Notes: a model not told the origin generated them from the letters alone. 64,000 bases of DNA from Cystobasidiomycetes sp. EMM_F5 (GCA_051047955.1 JBPGPT010000019.1:124001-188000); one strand, 5' to 3'; numbered from the stretch's first letter, positions 38,769-49,114 are shown. A program made the numbers and translations.

Positions 38769-39108
38769 GTATCGGCCGAGTTTGGTGTAGACGAAGTACG
38801 CCGTGTTTGGTCGTGTTGTTGTATTGCCTACGAGGCAGCAAGTAGACTGAGCACTGCCCAGCATCACTGTAGGATAATGTAAAAGCAGGATTCATCTCTT
38901 CTGCCAATATTTGTCCATCTAATCCTGCGTATTTACGGGCCACTCAAACAACAACGTTAACGGCATTGCACATGGTCGTGATGCCCGAGCATACGTCAGA
39001 TGTTCGACAGTCGGTCTTGACTACGAATGCATCCTTTACTCGCAGTCTCATCTGGCATTTGAAGCTGCTTTGAACTTGTCTCCACGGTCTCACGGAACGT
39101 TGCTGGCC

Positions 39109-40214
39109 ATGGCGTCGCTCCAGGTCCTCGGTACTGGCTTACCGCGATGTACGCTGGCGCAGAGGCTCAATGCCACGATGATGCTGAGGCTGACGGAGGC
39201 TGACTGCTCTGCTAGGCGGGACTGCAAGCTTGAAGGCCGCGCTCGAGATATTGGGCTTCGACCCATGTTATCATATGCGTACATCGGAGCATGTACCGTA
39301 TCTTGGTAGACCAGCTGATGGAGAGTCTTCTCGACAGTGGTGGTGCTACAAGAGTCTGAACGCAGCCGAGCGTGGTCGCGCGTCTATCAGGACGTTCTCC
39401 ACAATCGCAAGCCCGACTTTGAGTCAGTCCTGCACGGCTACAAGGCCGCTGTCGATGCACCAGCCAGCGAAGTCTGGGAAGATATTCTAGCACAGTATCC
39501 GGACATCAAGGTTTGTCTTACGGCTTGTTGGGTCTCTGCTGTCGTCTCACACCATTCACTTCCATGTGAACATCAGATCATTCATACTACTCGGGATGCC
39601 CAGCAGTGGTGGGTGAGCATGGAGGCAACGATCCTCAAAATTCTGGACAGTCATTACGTGTACCGTGCGTCTGCCTGCCGTGCAACTGCCTCTGTGCTGT
39701 ATCATCTGACTTTGAATCAAACTACTATGCAGCCATGATCGTCCTCCTGGTTCCTCGACTCTTCCAGCAATGGCTTTGGGCACAGACTGGATTCAGGCGC
39801 CTTTGCCTGAGGAACTTTGGGGAGATATCACCCAAGATCATGCAAATGCGTAGAGACCAGGTCAAGAAACGGTAGGTGGCCTAGTCTCCCGCGCTCATGC
39901 TATATGCCATTCCTAATCCGTACCTCCGGCAGTGTTCCCGCTGGACAATTGCTCGAATATAAGCTTGGGAGTGGCTGGGAGCCGATCTGCGAAGTACCAA
40001 CGTGTCCATGCTGTCCAAGTGTGCTCGACATTGATTTGCCACATTGCAGTTCCTTCAAGTACCCGTACCTTCCGTACCGTTTCCGCGTGTCAACGATAAG
40101 GAAGCTTTTGCTGCCCACATGAAGGCCCAGATCAGAGTAGGACTTCGACGATGGGCGTATGTCCTTACTGGAGCTTCCGTCCTGGTAGCGTTGGCCATAA
40201 AAGCGTTCAGATAA
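39109..40214 (+). CDS. P-loop sulfotransferase-like protein (Sulfotransfer_4-type)
   Basis: LQVLGTGLPRC|GTASLKAALEILGFDPCYHM, YKAAVDAPA, YPDIK|IIHTTRDAQQWWVSM, VPAGQLLEYKLGSGWEPICE|FLQVPVPSVPFPRVND. Confidence 0.85.
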
Positions 40215-40351
40215 ATCATGTCAGACTGCGACCAACTCTTTTCAAAGCCAAAGCAATACTGAATCGGATATGCCAATGTATACGTCATGTCACATCGCTA
40301 CGTAACAACACTCAGGTCTCATGCACTCTAACAACCAGTCGTGAGGTCAGT

Positions 40352-42231
40352 CTACTGATTTTGCCGCTTATCGAAACAAAGGCGTAGTTGCGGAGATGGC
40401 ATTAAAGCTAAGCCGCCTCGAGGCGCTAATACTCGCGCTGTTCGTGCTTCGAGGCTTTCGTTCTCAACGACGTCGTCTTCGTGCAGACGTATCCTATATG
40501 ATCGACACAGGGTTACTAAGATACCTGTTGATATTTCGCGTTAGCGGAAGTGCTGGAACATCCCAGTATGCACTTACAAACAATCTCTACAGCAGAGAAC
40601 TTTTGCCCAACGCAGGATCGAGCACCAGAAGACCACGGATAGAATGCATCTCTATTCCATTTGTATGTTTCAGTGTCTACAAATCGCTCGGGCAGGAAGC
40701 GCTGCGGGTCCGGCCAATTGGCAGGGTCGGTTGACAAAGCCTGTACGTCGAGGCTGAGAAAGGCGCCCTTGGGAATCACAATATGTGTTGCACCGCCAGG
40801 TCCTCGCTCGCTGCAGGGTACTATGACATCTTCCGCAGTTGTCACCATCTTTGGTATCTTCGGCACGCTAGGGAAGAGCCTGAGCGTCTCGTGCAAGACA
40901 GCCAGTCCACGGGTGAAGAGGCCAAAGCTAGAGTACGGGAGATCGGTTTGGCTGTCGGGCATCAAGTCCTGCAACTCCTCGAAAAGCCAATCCTGACTTT
41001 CTGGGTTGAGCGCTAGGAGAGCCATCGCGAATGCCAGAGTATGGGCGGCTTGCAGACGATGTTAACGCACGCAAAAACGAGAAGATGGACTAGGACGCAC
41101 TCGTGTCGTGCCCAGCTACCAGGAAGATGAACATATTGCCAAGAACCTCTTCGTCTGTCATTGCTTCTACCTTCGTTGCCTCGGCATCCGAGAGACTCGC
41201 ATCTCTTTCAATGGCTATATTTGCAGTGACGAGGGCTGACAGTACATCCTTCTTGGGTATTGCTCCAGATAATATATCTCGTTTTCGCTCGGCATAAATC
41301 CGCGTCATCCACTTCTCCTGCTCGCGTTTGAACAGTCGAGCTGATTTGAGCTTGGAAAACGGCAATCGCTTGAAGATCTATTAAGCATTCAGCTTTACGC
41401 ACGCGGTGCAGGTCATCGATCTCAACGCACTCTCGGAGTTAGTATATGAACGAACAGAGTGCGCAATGCGCCCTCCATGGTGCTTTTGAAATTGTATACA
41501 TGCTGCTCGCTGGCTTCGATTGGAAGATCCGGCTCGCCAGGTCCGTTTATACGCACACCAAATGCTACCGAGCATATTACGGCGAGCGCAAGATGTAGAC
41601 ACGACTTGTTGATGTGCTCCACCACGCTGATACCATTTCTGTCTGCTCGCTTATCTAGATCAGCCATCCAGAGGCGTGTCAATCTAGTAGTTTCTAGCCA
41701 GTCGAGCTCGTTCGTGCTATCGGTAAACGCGGGTCCAACCACTCTGCGATGTTTGCGCCATTCGTCGCCTTCTGTGATTAGGACACTACGACCATAGCTT
41801 GCAAGAACACGATAAAAGTGGAGAGGCTTGGGAAACAAGCGGCGATCCGCGTAGATGTGCTTTAACGCTACGGGATCTGCAATGTGGACATGCACCTGGG
41901 GTGGCAGAACGCCCGCCGTCATCCAGATTGTAGATTCCCATTTATCATAGGTCGACTTTCTGTAGTCGAGGCTGTTATTGCTCGCCCCACGAATCCCAAG
42001 ATTTACGTATGGGATATGTGGCAAAAAAGCAGAGGCCATGGAAGCAAAGGGAGAGAGTAGGAATGGGCCATTGACGGGAATTCCATCCAGCGTTTGTATC
42101 AGAGTCTTGAGCTGCCAGTATCGATAGGCCAAGAAAGCAGCGTAACCTCCGAAAGCACAGGTTGCTGCAAAGTGGACATCATGAAGCTTCCATAGAATAG
42201 CGAAAGCCAGCAAGGATAGTAGGAATTGCAT
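40352..42231 (-). CDS. Cytochrome P450
   Basis: N-terminal TM, EGDEWRKHRR (WxxxR), I-helix AGHDTS|AHT, ETLR (ExxR), PERF, and heme motif WSSGARSCVG. Confidence 0.95.
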
Positions 42232-42485
42232 GTTGCCGTAAATTATACAAGCATGATGGAAGATTCAGAGTCTGACCCATTCATGAAAATCCAAGTGTAA
42301 GCGTGCATACTTTGAAATCACAATATAGGCTGATCAGGAACACGACATATAGGCGTAGCGAGAGGCTCGGTACTTTTGTTGTAGTAGCTATTTAAAAGCG
42401 CAATCTATGGAAGCATACAACAAGGAGAAGAGAAGAGCCAGGATAGCACGACCCAGCATTTTATTTCGAATCTTACGCCCTCAAA

Positions 42486-42918
42486 CTACTGACGCGGGAC
42501 CAGCGTGTAGGTTGGCGGGTTACTTATTGTCTGCACTCGAGGCACCTTGTTAACAGTGACGACTCTCGTGGTCGTAGTTTGCTGCCGAAGACACTGATAT
42601 TGCTGGGCAATATCGATCCGCACAACTGCCTGGTAGCTAGAATACCGTATTAGCAACAGAACAGCCAGTCTGTTCCCAGGCTTGTCACTTGACTCACCGA
42701 TTTGGTGCGGCCTCGTTGGGATATGTGCTTTTGCGTTCCTCCGCATACTTGGTGATTTCTGCGGCAAGCCCAGGGACATCTCTCACGAAAATCGGAAACA
42801 CTTCCTGAGGGTTGTTGGCGGGGCTCGTCAAAATTCGGCGTTCATTTACGTTGACGTTGTAATATGCGACTTTCTTAGCGTCAATCAGAGAGAAATTGAG
42901 GCGTACGGCGCTTGGCAT
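42486..42918 (-). CDS. Unknown protein, member D of the IEGL/YxC family (2 exons; intron 42637-42697)
   Basis: FVRDVPGLAAEITKYAEERKSTYPNEAAPNR|YQAVVRIDIAQQYQCLRQ...; a GTGAGT...GCTAAT...CTAG intron restores the frame. Confidence 0.8.
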
Positions 42919-43021
42919 TGTGTTTGAGGTGGATTGACTCGGATAGAGGATATGAGTTATGCCTTCGGTGATGTTTTGTTTGCTGAAAAGAGGAGAGCCG
43001 TAGACTGCTGCATTACGGCGC

Positions 43022-43028
43022 TTTTATA
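43022..43028 (-). promoter_or_regulatory. TATA box (TATAAAA) upstream of member D
   Basis: Consensus TATAAAA about 104 nt upstream of the ATG at 42918; same geometry as member E. Confidence 0.55.
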
Positions 43029-43530
43029 GCCAAAATCTTGCATCAGCAGGGACGCTTTTCATCGCCGGGCGTACAGCAGCCACGCCAGACACCGCCCGAT
43101 GTTCGGCTCCAGCCGATTGGGGGTTCTTTTGAGGGATCCTGGCCGCAGAGTGACCTGCTGCACTGCGAGGCCGCGCCGGATGGCCGTTCGTGATTTAGCT
43201 GGTGACGTGAGCGCGAAAGGTAGGCGTTTCTACTTTGCCGCAGCTTGCCATCGACAAGCCATAATACGCGTAACACGAACGAGGCATATGAAGAGGTCAC
43301 GCTCGTGGTTAGGAAGTCGGGCTGACAATTAGCTCATGCAAAGAGTGACAGGGTGTTGAATCAATCTGCAGACTCTGAAAAGGATGCAGTCGGTGTCTTC
43401 AGTGTGTCAGAGGAAAATTGTGTATAAATCAAGCTGTCAAGCTAGAACAACGTTCAATCGGATCGTAGAAACGCATCTAAGAGAAGTGAGCGGCGGATGT
43501 TTACAAAATCATGTAGAGATAGTCTAAGGT

Positions 43531-44007
43531 TCATAAAGAAGTGGGTCGCAGCGTGTTTGTCAGCTTTGGTGCTTGACGATTAGCTTCGAAGCCTCTTGCG
43601 GTTAGGCGATGCTTGACTATTTGAACCCAAGCACAGCGGTATGACTGTCGCAATTCGATTTTCACGACGTTGAAGTATCTGCAATTTATTTGGACAAAAC
43701 GCGATGTGTGATCAGTGCCGTCAAGAAGTACGCGTAGTCTGACCTACCTGTCAACCTCGTCTTCGTTGGGGTACTTATTCAGACGAGCTTGCATAAGGGG
43801 CCGCAGAACCTCATAGAGGCCCTCAATCTCTCGCACTTTCCTAGAGGACCCGGTTCCAGCGGCGTTCGTGATTTGGATGAGCTTATCGGGCAGTTGGGCA
43901 TCCGATTCAGGGAAGCAGTAATGTGACTTGCTACCGGAGGGGATGGAGTACACACGATATTCCTGGTAGATAGTGTCAGGGCGGCTCGGTACTCCAGCGG
44001 CAGACAT
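43531..44007 (-). CDS. Unknown protein, member E of the IEGL/YxC family (2 exons; intron 43679-43747)
   Basis: KVREIEGLYEVLRPLMQARLNKYPNEDEVDR|YFNVVKIELRQSYRCAWV...; GTAGGT...ACTGAT...TGCAG intron at the same codon position and phase as member D. Confidence 0.8.
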
Positions 44008-44108
44008 GGTGTGGAGAGAGGTGTATTTGGGAGCGTCGAACGGAGTGTAGAGGTGAAACTGTTTGAGCTTTGAATGAAAGTGAAGGAAAGAGGGCCAGTG
44101 CCAACGGC

Positions 44109-44116
44109 TTTTTATA
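44109..44116 (-). promoter_or_regulatory. TATA box (TATAAAAA) upstream of member E
   Basis: Consensus TATA about 102 nt upstream of the ATG at 44007. Confidence 0.55.
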
Positions 44117-44460
44117 GTGCGAGCTGCTCCGCGTTTGGTCAGCAGCCAGCATTGCCCAGGCGCACAGCAGTCGCAAACGCAGCGCCCAGGACGGACCGAC
44201 ACCGGTGAACCGCGGTAAGGGCCACCCAGCGTCGAGCCCGTCAACGCATTGCGCCAGTCAGCACGGGCGCAGGCAGACGTGGAAAGGTCAGGCGTGGTCA
44301 GGTTTGGAATCAGTATCGTCTCGCTCGATTGCACGGTTGCCATTGCCATCTCATCAGTTTCTGAAGTTGCTGTTGCAGATGCATACCAACTGATGCATCA
44401 GTCTAAAATATCGCTACCTTGACCGAGGAGCGTCAGTTGCTCGAGTCATCGTCATCAGCC

Positions 44461-45882
44461 ATGTCGCAGCTCAAGTCGGTCACCCAGCCCAAGCGAGTCC
44501 TGTCGATACAGAGCCATGTTGTCGTCGGCCATGTAGGTGAGCAGCGAGCCATTCATTGATTGCAATACTGCACGTCTCGGCGTCATTTCACCATGTCCTG
44601 ACGTGTATTCTTTGTCCCGTATCGCTCTCGCTGCATCGTCCGCATTGTGGTTTCTGCAAAAACACCGTTTGCTCAAAATTTCAATCCGGTCAGGGAACAA
44701 GTCTGCGACCTTTCCGTTACAGCTCCTGGAGTGGGACGTCGATGTCTTGAACACTGGTACGTCTGCTATCAGACCATGATGCCCGGTCGACTGGCTCACG
44801 GTCTTTCATGGCATAATCTGCAGTCCAGCTCTCAAACCATACAGGTAGGATCCAATTCAGCCCAATAATTGCAACTCGGACTGACCGTGTACTCATCACC
44901 GTCCTGCTCCAGGTCCGCGTAAATCTGCCTGCATCTCGTTCCCGCTAGCTTAGCAAGCTCAAATTTCGACCTTGTTCGGTACATATTCCGCAGGCTATGG
45001 TCGATGGGGCGGGCTGCGCATGGATGCTGCACACCTCACGGAAGTCTTTGACGCGATGGATCAGAATGGTTTGCTGCGGCATTCACATCTGCTGACAGGT
45101 CAGTGTCATTGTCCCTGACTAGCACGCAAGACAAGTAACATGTCAAAACAGGCTATGTCCCAAGTCCAGAAGCTCTGCAAGCTGTTGCCAAGATGGTGGA
45201 CCGACTCCTCGAAGTAAATCCTAAATTGGTATACATTCTTGATCCAGTTCTCGGCGATGATGGTAAAATATATGTGTCGCCCGAAACGATACCCATCTAC
45301 AAGTCCATACTACCCAAAGCGACCTGCGCTACACCCAATCACTTCGAAGCCGAGCTCCTTACAGATGTCAAGATCACCGACCTCGCGTCGCTCAAGCGTG
45401 CACTGACCGCGTTCCACGATCGTTACAACCTTCCTCATGTCATCATTTCTTCAGCACCCTCTGCGCAGTTAGCCGACGTCCCGAAAGCTCACCTAGTCTG
45501 CGCGGGATCTTCGCGGCCGCGCGGATCAACTGTAGATCAGCAATTCTTCATCACGTTCCCCAGCTTGCCAGAGCATTACGAAGGAGTTGGCGATGTCTTC
45601 TCTTCCCTTGTCCTCGCAAACTTCCAGCGACCTCAAGGCGGACTCTGCCCGCTATCGCGAACAGCAGAGCTCGCTATAGCATCGTTACAGGGCATCTTGC
45701 AGCGTACGCGGGAACACGCTATAGCCTCGATAGGACAACAGATTGATATAACGGGCTCGGATCGGAATGAAACGCCAGAAGACCGGATACGAAGGCTCAT
45801 AGGAGTCGAGCTGAGACTGGTGCAAAGCTGGAAGGATATTCGAGAACCGACCGTAATATACACGGCCAGACCGCTTTCATGA
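44461..45882 (+). CDS. BUD16: Pyridoxal kinase
   Basis: RVLSIQSHVVVGHV|GNKSATFPLQLLEWDVDVLNT|VQLSNHTG|YG, HLLTG|Y, YILDPVLGDDGKIYV, TPNHFEAELLT and GVGDVFS motifs. Confidence 0.95.
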
Positions 45883-45920
45883 CGTGAGTTTATTCATCCA
45901 CACTCTACTCTACACCTCCT

Positions 45921-46017
45921 TCACATGATGAGCAACATTTTGTCGCCCCAGTCCGATTGTTCCATGGAGGATTGACTAAACAGCACAAGCCAAACACAGT
46001 GCACTATTTCTGATTCT
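45921..46017 (+). ncRNA. Box C/D snoRNA, snR67/U31-like (guide for the LSU P-loop Gm)
   Basis: C box ATGATGA at 45925-45931, guide TGTCGCCCCAG at 45941-45951 (antisense to conserved LSU CUGGGGCGGCA), D' CCGA at 45953-45956, D CTGA at 46010-46013. Lies inside the GTGAGT(45884)...ACTAAT...CAG(46088) intron. Confidence 0.85.
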
Positions 46018-46151
46018 TCACGACCCATGCCGTTTCTCAAAATTCTTGTTGTCGAGTCGGTGTGACTAATCCGTGCTCTGCCTTGCAGATCTTATCAGAA
46101 AGAATGGAGTCGCAAATTGTGAGTGCAGCTTCATCCTCCACACTTCCACCC

Positions 46152-46249
46152 TCTCAAGATGAACAAACACATCTTACCATCAAATTCTTACGCCTTCGCG
46201 CGATGAAGATGCCTTTTTACACTATAATTATATCATTTCCTCTGAAACG
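46152..46249 (+). ncRNA. Candidate box C/D snoRNA (18S 5'-domain guide)
   Basis: C-like AAGATGA at 46156-46162, TACCATCAAAT at 46175-46185 (antisense to SSU AUUUGAUGGUA, recalled), D CTGA at 46242-46245. Lies inside the GTGAGT(46119)...GCTAAT...CAG(46298) intron. Confidence 0.6.
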
Positions 46250-46395
46250 TCTATCGTAGTCTGCATACGTCGCAAATTGTGCTAATGCAGTCCCTCAGTT
46301 TGTCACCGCAGTGTCAGGTCATAATTGGGGTAGTTCATGCGCACACTTAGACGGGGTGAGTGATTGTCTTTCTATACATCCACAACCCCACGCTT

Positions 46396-46500
46396 TGTCA
46401 CGATGAAAACACCATATTCCATGCTAGTTCCAATGAAGCGACCTCGATGTCGCCTTCAATGCGGACGCAAATTGTATTCTAAGAACGGCTAGCTGAACCT
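46396..46500 (+). ncRNA. Box C/D snoRNA, snR53-like double guide
   Basis: C-like ACGATGA at 46400-46406, guide TATTCCATGCTAGT at 46415-46428 (antisense to SSU AUUAGCAUGGAAUA), second guide CTAAGAACGGCTA at 46479-46491 (antisense to SSU UGGCCGUUCUUAG), D CTGA at 46493-46496. Lies inside the GTGAGT(46356)...GCTGAT...CAG(46566) intron. Confidence 0.8.
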
Positions 46501-46648
46501 TCACTCTTCCACCACCTTCATGCCGGTACTTGTGCTCATTAGCTGATGGCAGCATTGTGTCAACAGGCAATGCGTTGAGGGTCATAGAGCAGAATGTTTA
46601 GTCAGTCTGTAGCATAGAGTATCGGAACCAGTATCGGGCAAGAGTGCA

Positions 46649-47666
46649 TTACAAATTCGCGTACTCTGCCTCCACTTGCGTCCTTATCTCCTTTGCAATG
46701 ACTCCACGCGCCGCGCCACTTTCCGAACAACCTTGCATCCGTCGCTTGACCTCATCTGCTATCTGGCGCTGATGATAGTCTTGCTCTTGACGCTTCTGTA
46801 GCAACTGATCCTGCTTCAATTGCCACTCGCGATACTCCTCAACACGGCCCGCCCGCTTTAGGATGGCCAATCGTACTTCTGCGATCGAAGGCAGGTTATA
46901 GCCAAAATCGCTGGTCACGAGTAGCCGCCGCTCATCCCATTCTTGTATCATTCGACTCTCTCCCCGACTTGCCTGCTTGTCGCTTCTGTAGAATCGCCAT
47001 AGCGGTCGGCCAGCGAGCCTGCCATTTTCAATCCACGTAAATACGGCTTCGATGGTAGCAAAGCCAGCTTCGTATTCGCCAACAGACAGATTCAAGAGCG
47101 TCAATAAATGTGAGACCTGTCTAGTGGTTAGAAAGCCAGGCTCGTTGGTCTTGGGTGTATTGGTGTACAAGCCTTTTTCGGTGAGATGTAGGCCTGCACA
47201 GTGCAGCAGATGGCAAATGATGTGACCTGCACGACAGCAGATGAGCTAGACACTGCTAGCCAAGGCGATCGGTCGGGAACGTACCAAGACGACCATAGCT
47301 GTGCGTGAAGACCAGCATGTCTATCTCATCCGCATCGCAAATATGCACATCGACTTGTGCATATCTTTCTTTCGCGGCATTTGTTGATTCTTCATCCAGC
47401 AACACGAGAAAGTTTGAAGTAGGGGATGCTTTGATGCTGTCTACAGCTCGTAGGGCATCGCAGACACCGCTATGATTCGTTTCGGCCAGCGGCGTATGAA
47501 CGAGGAAATCGACATCTCCATGCGTTGCCTTCTCAGGTTCCAGCGGGGGTGTGCGAACACATGCGTACAGGGGTGTCAATGCCAGTAGTGCTGCACTGCG
47601 CACGATGTTGTATTCCTCAATGCTTAGCCGCTGACTCGTCCGCACACCGAATGCTTTTCCACCCAT
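46649..47666 (-). CDS. Uncharacterised protein with a Pol-beta-like nucleotidyltransferase signature (2 exons)
   Basis: MGGKAF start, EKATHGDVDFLV (DxD motif), AQVDVH (third acidic residue), FTHSYG|HII...GLHLTEKGLY. Confidence 0.7.
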
Positions 47667-47864
47667 CGCGTAGAGTCAGCCAATTCAGCATTGGATTAGA
47701 ATGTAAGGGAATTGCGGTAGGAATACAAGACTTTGGACTGCCCCCATTGTTTGGGCTGTCAGTGGATGACTCGGCAGAGTACCGGTGGCGATCAGGTCAG
47801 CGCAAAACGGGGCGAGGTCACGAAGGACGGGCGAATCTGGATGTAGACCGTATACTTGTGCTCT

Positions 47865-49054
47865 TCATGCCTCGTCGTAAGGCGGCAGGCCCCACTGCTC
47901 TGGCTTGAAATCGTCTAGACTTTGTAGCTGTAACGAGGGCGTGATAATGTCTGTGTCATTTACTGCTGTCAGCAGTCCTTCATCTGGCACCCATACGACT
48001 GTCATGACGACGTCCTGTTAGTTGTAGCTATATGTGACTTGGCGGCCTTACTTACCTTCCATTCCTGCCGCACGGGCCGCCTTGACCCCCGGAATGCCGT
48101 CTTCGAAGCTGTTATCCACGACAAACCCTCAGCTGGGCATCTATGAGCCAAGTCACTCCGCTTACACCAGACATCTAGCCCGTTCTTCGTCTGTATGGAT
48201 CCCGAGTGTCTCTGCAGCGTATAGAAAGATGTCGGGATGAGGTTTGCCACGCTTGACGTGCTCAGTATCTGCCGTCACTATTGATGCGGTCGGGAAATGA
48301 AAGAATAATTCTGGCAGATGCGCAGTCTAGACGGCCAACGTGTTTAGCCTTTGCGGATTTGTGTGCCGATGCCAAGCTCGCGATTCTTTTGCCAGCCACT
48401 TACTTTGATCTGGAAGTTCTTCTCTCTGGATCCTGTCGCAATAGCTATCGGTACTTTATGAGTTGCCAAATGCGCAACCAATCTGTACGTGAGTATGGGA
48501 AAGTATGAATCATCAGACAATCATCGGACGTAGGCATGCCGTAGTCACTGAGGAGAATGCATTGAAGCTCACTTCAGCGCGCCTGGCATGGGCGAGACCT
48601 GTCGAAATAGCTCCTCCTGGCGCTTTTCCATCTTGGTCATGGCTTCCATGGCCGTGAGCGGTATTTTCGTAAAGTCTACTAGGAACTGAGCGGCATCTAG
48701 ACCAGGCCGTCCCATTATACCCTTCTTGAGCTCCCACGTAACCTTTTGGCCGTATCTGCAAGGTCAATGTTATTACATTGTCAGCGAACGCGTTTCTTGC
48801 CGCGATAAATGTATAAATCTGGGACGGACGGAGCGAGTAATTCGTTAGAGACTGCAGGGAGGAATGTAAGTAAATTAATTGAGCCCCGTGTCCTGCCCTG
48901 GTGACCCACCGAGCGTGTAGACTCGCTCCGAGTCAATCAGCAGTCCATCCCTAGATTTAGCAGTCAGCGCTCGTCGTAAGGCATCAGCTCTTCATCTAGT
49001 CCATATTCACATGTCAAATATGACTGCCTTGATGTCTTTTCTTGCAAAAGTCAT
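47865..49054 (-). CDS. HAD-family phosphatase (HDHD1/GS1/pseudouridine-5'-phosphatase-like)
   Basis: KAVIFDM|DGLLIDSERVYT (motif I), IAIATGS, RGKPHPDIFL, GLVVDNSFEDGIPGVKAARAAGM, and C-terminal SLDDFKPEQWGLPPYDEA*. Confidence 0.9.
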
Positions 49055-49114
49055 GGCTTTGGTAGTTTGCGTCGAGTTGACTTTAAGATAAGCCTGCTTT
49101 ACTCCGACAAATTA

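Noticed and set aside
44008..44349. 114-aa N-terminal extension of member E in the ORF track
   Set aside because: It spans the TATA box at 44109-44116; ATG 44007 gives a length matching the paralogues.
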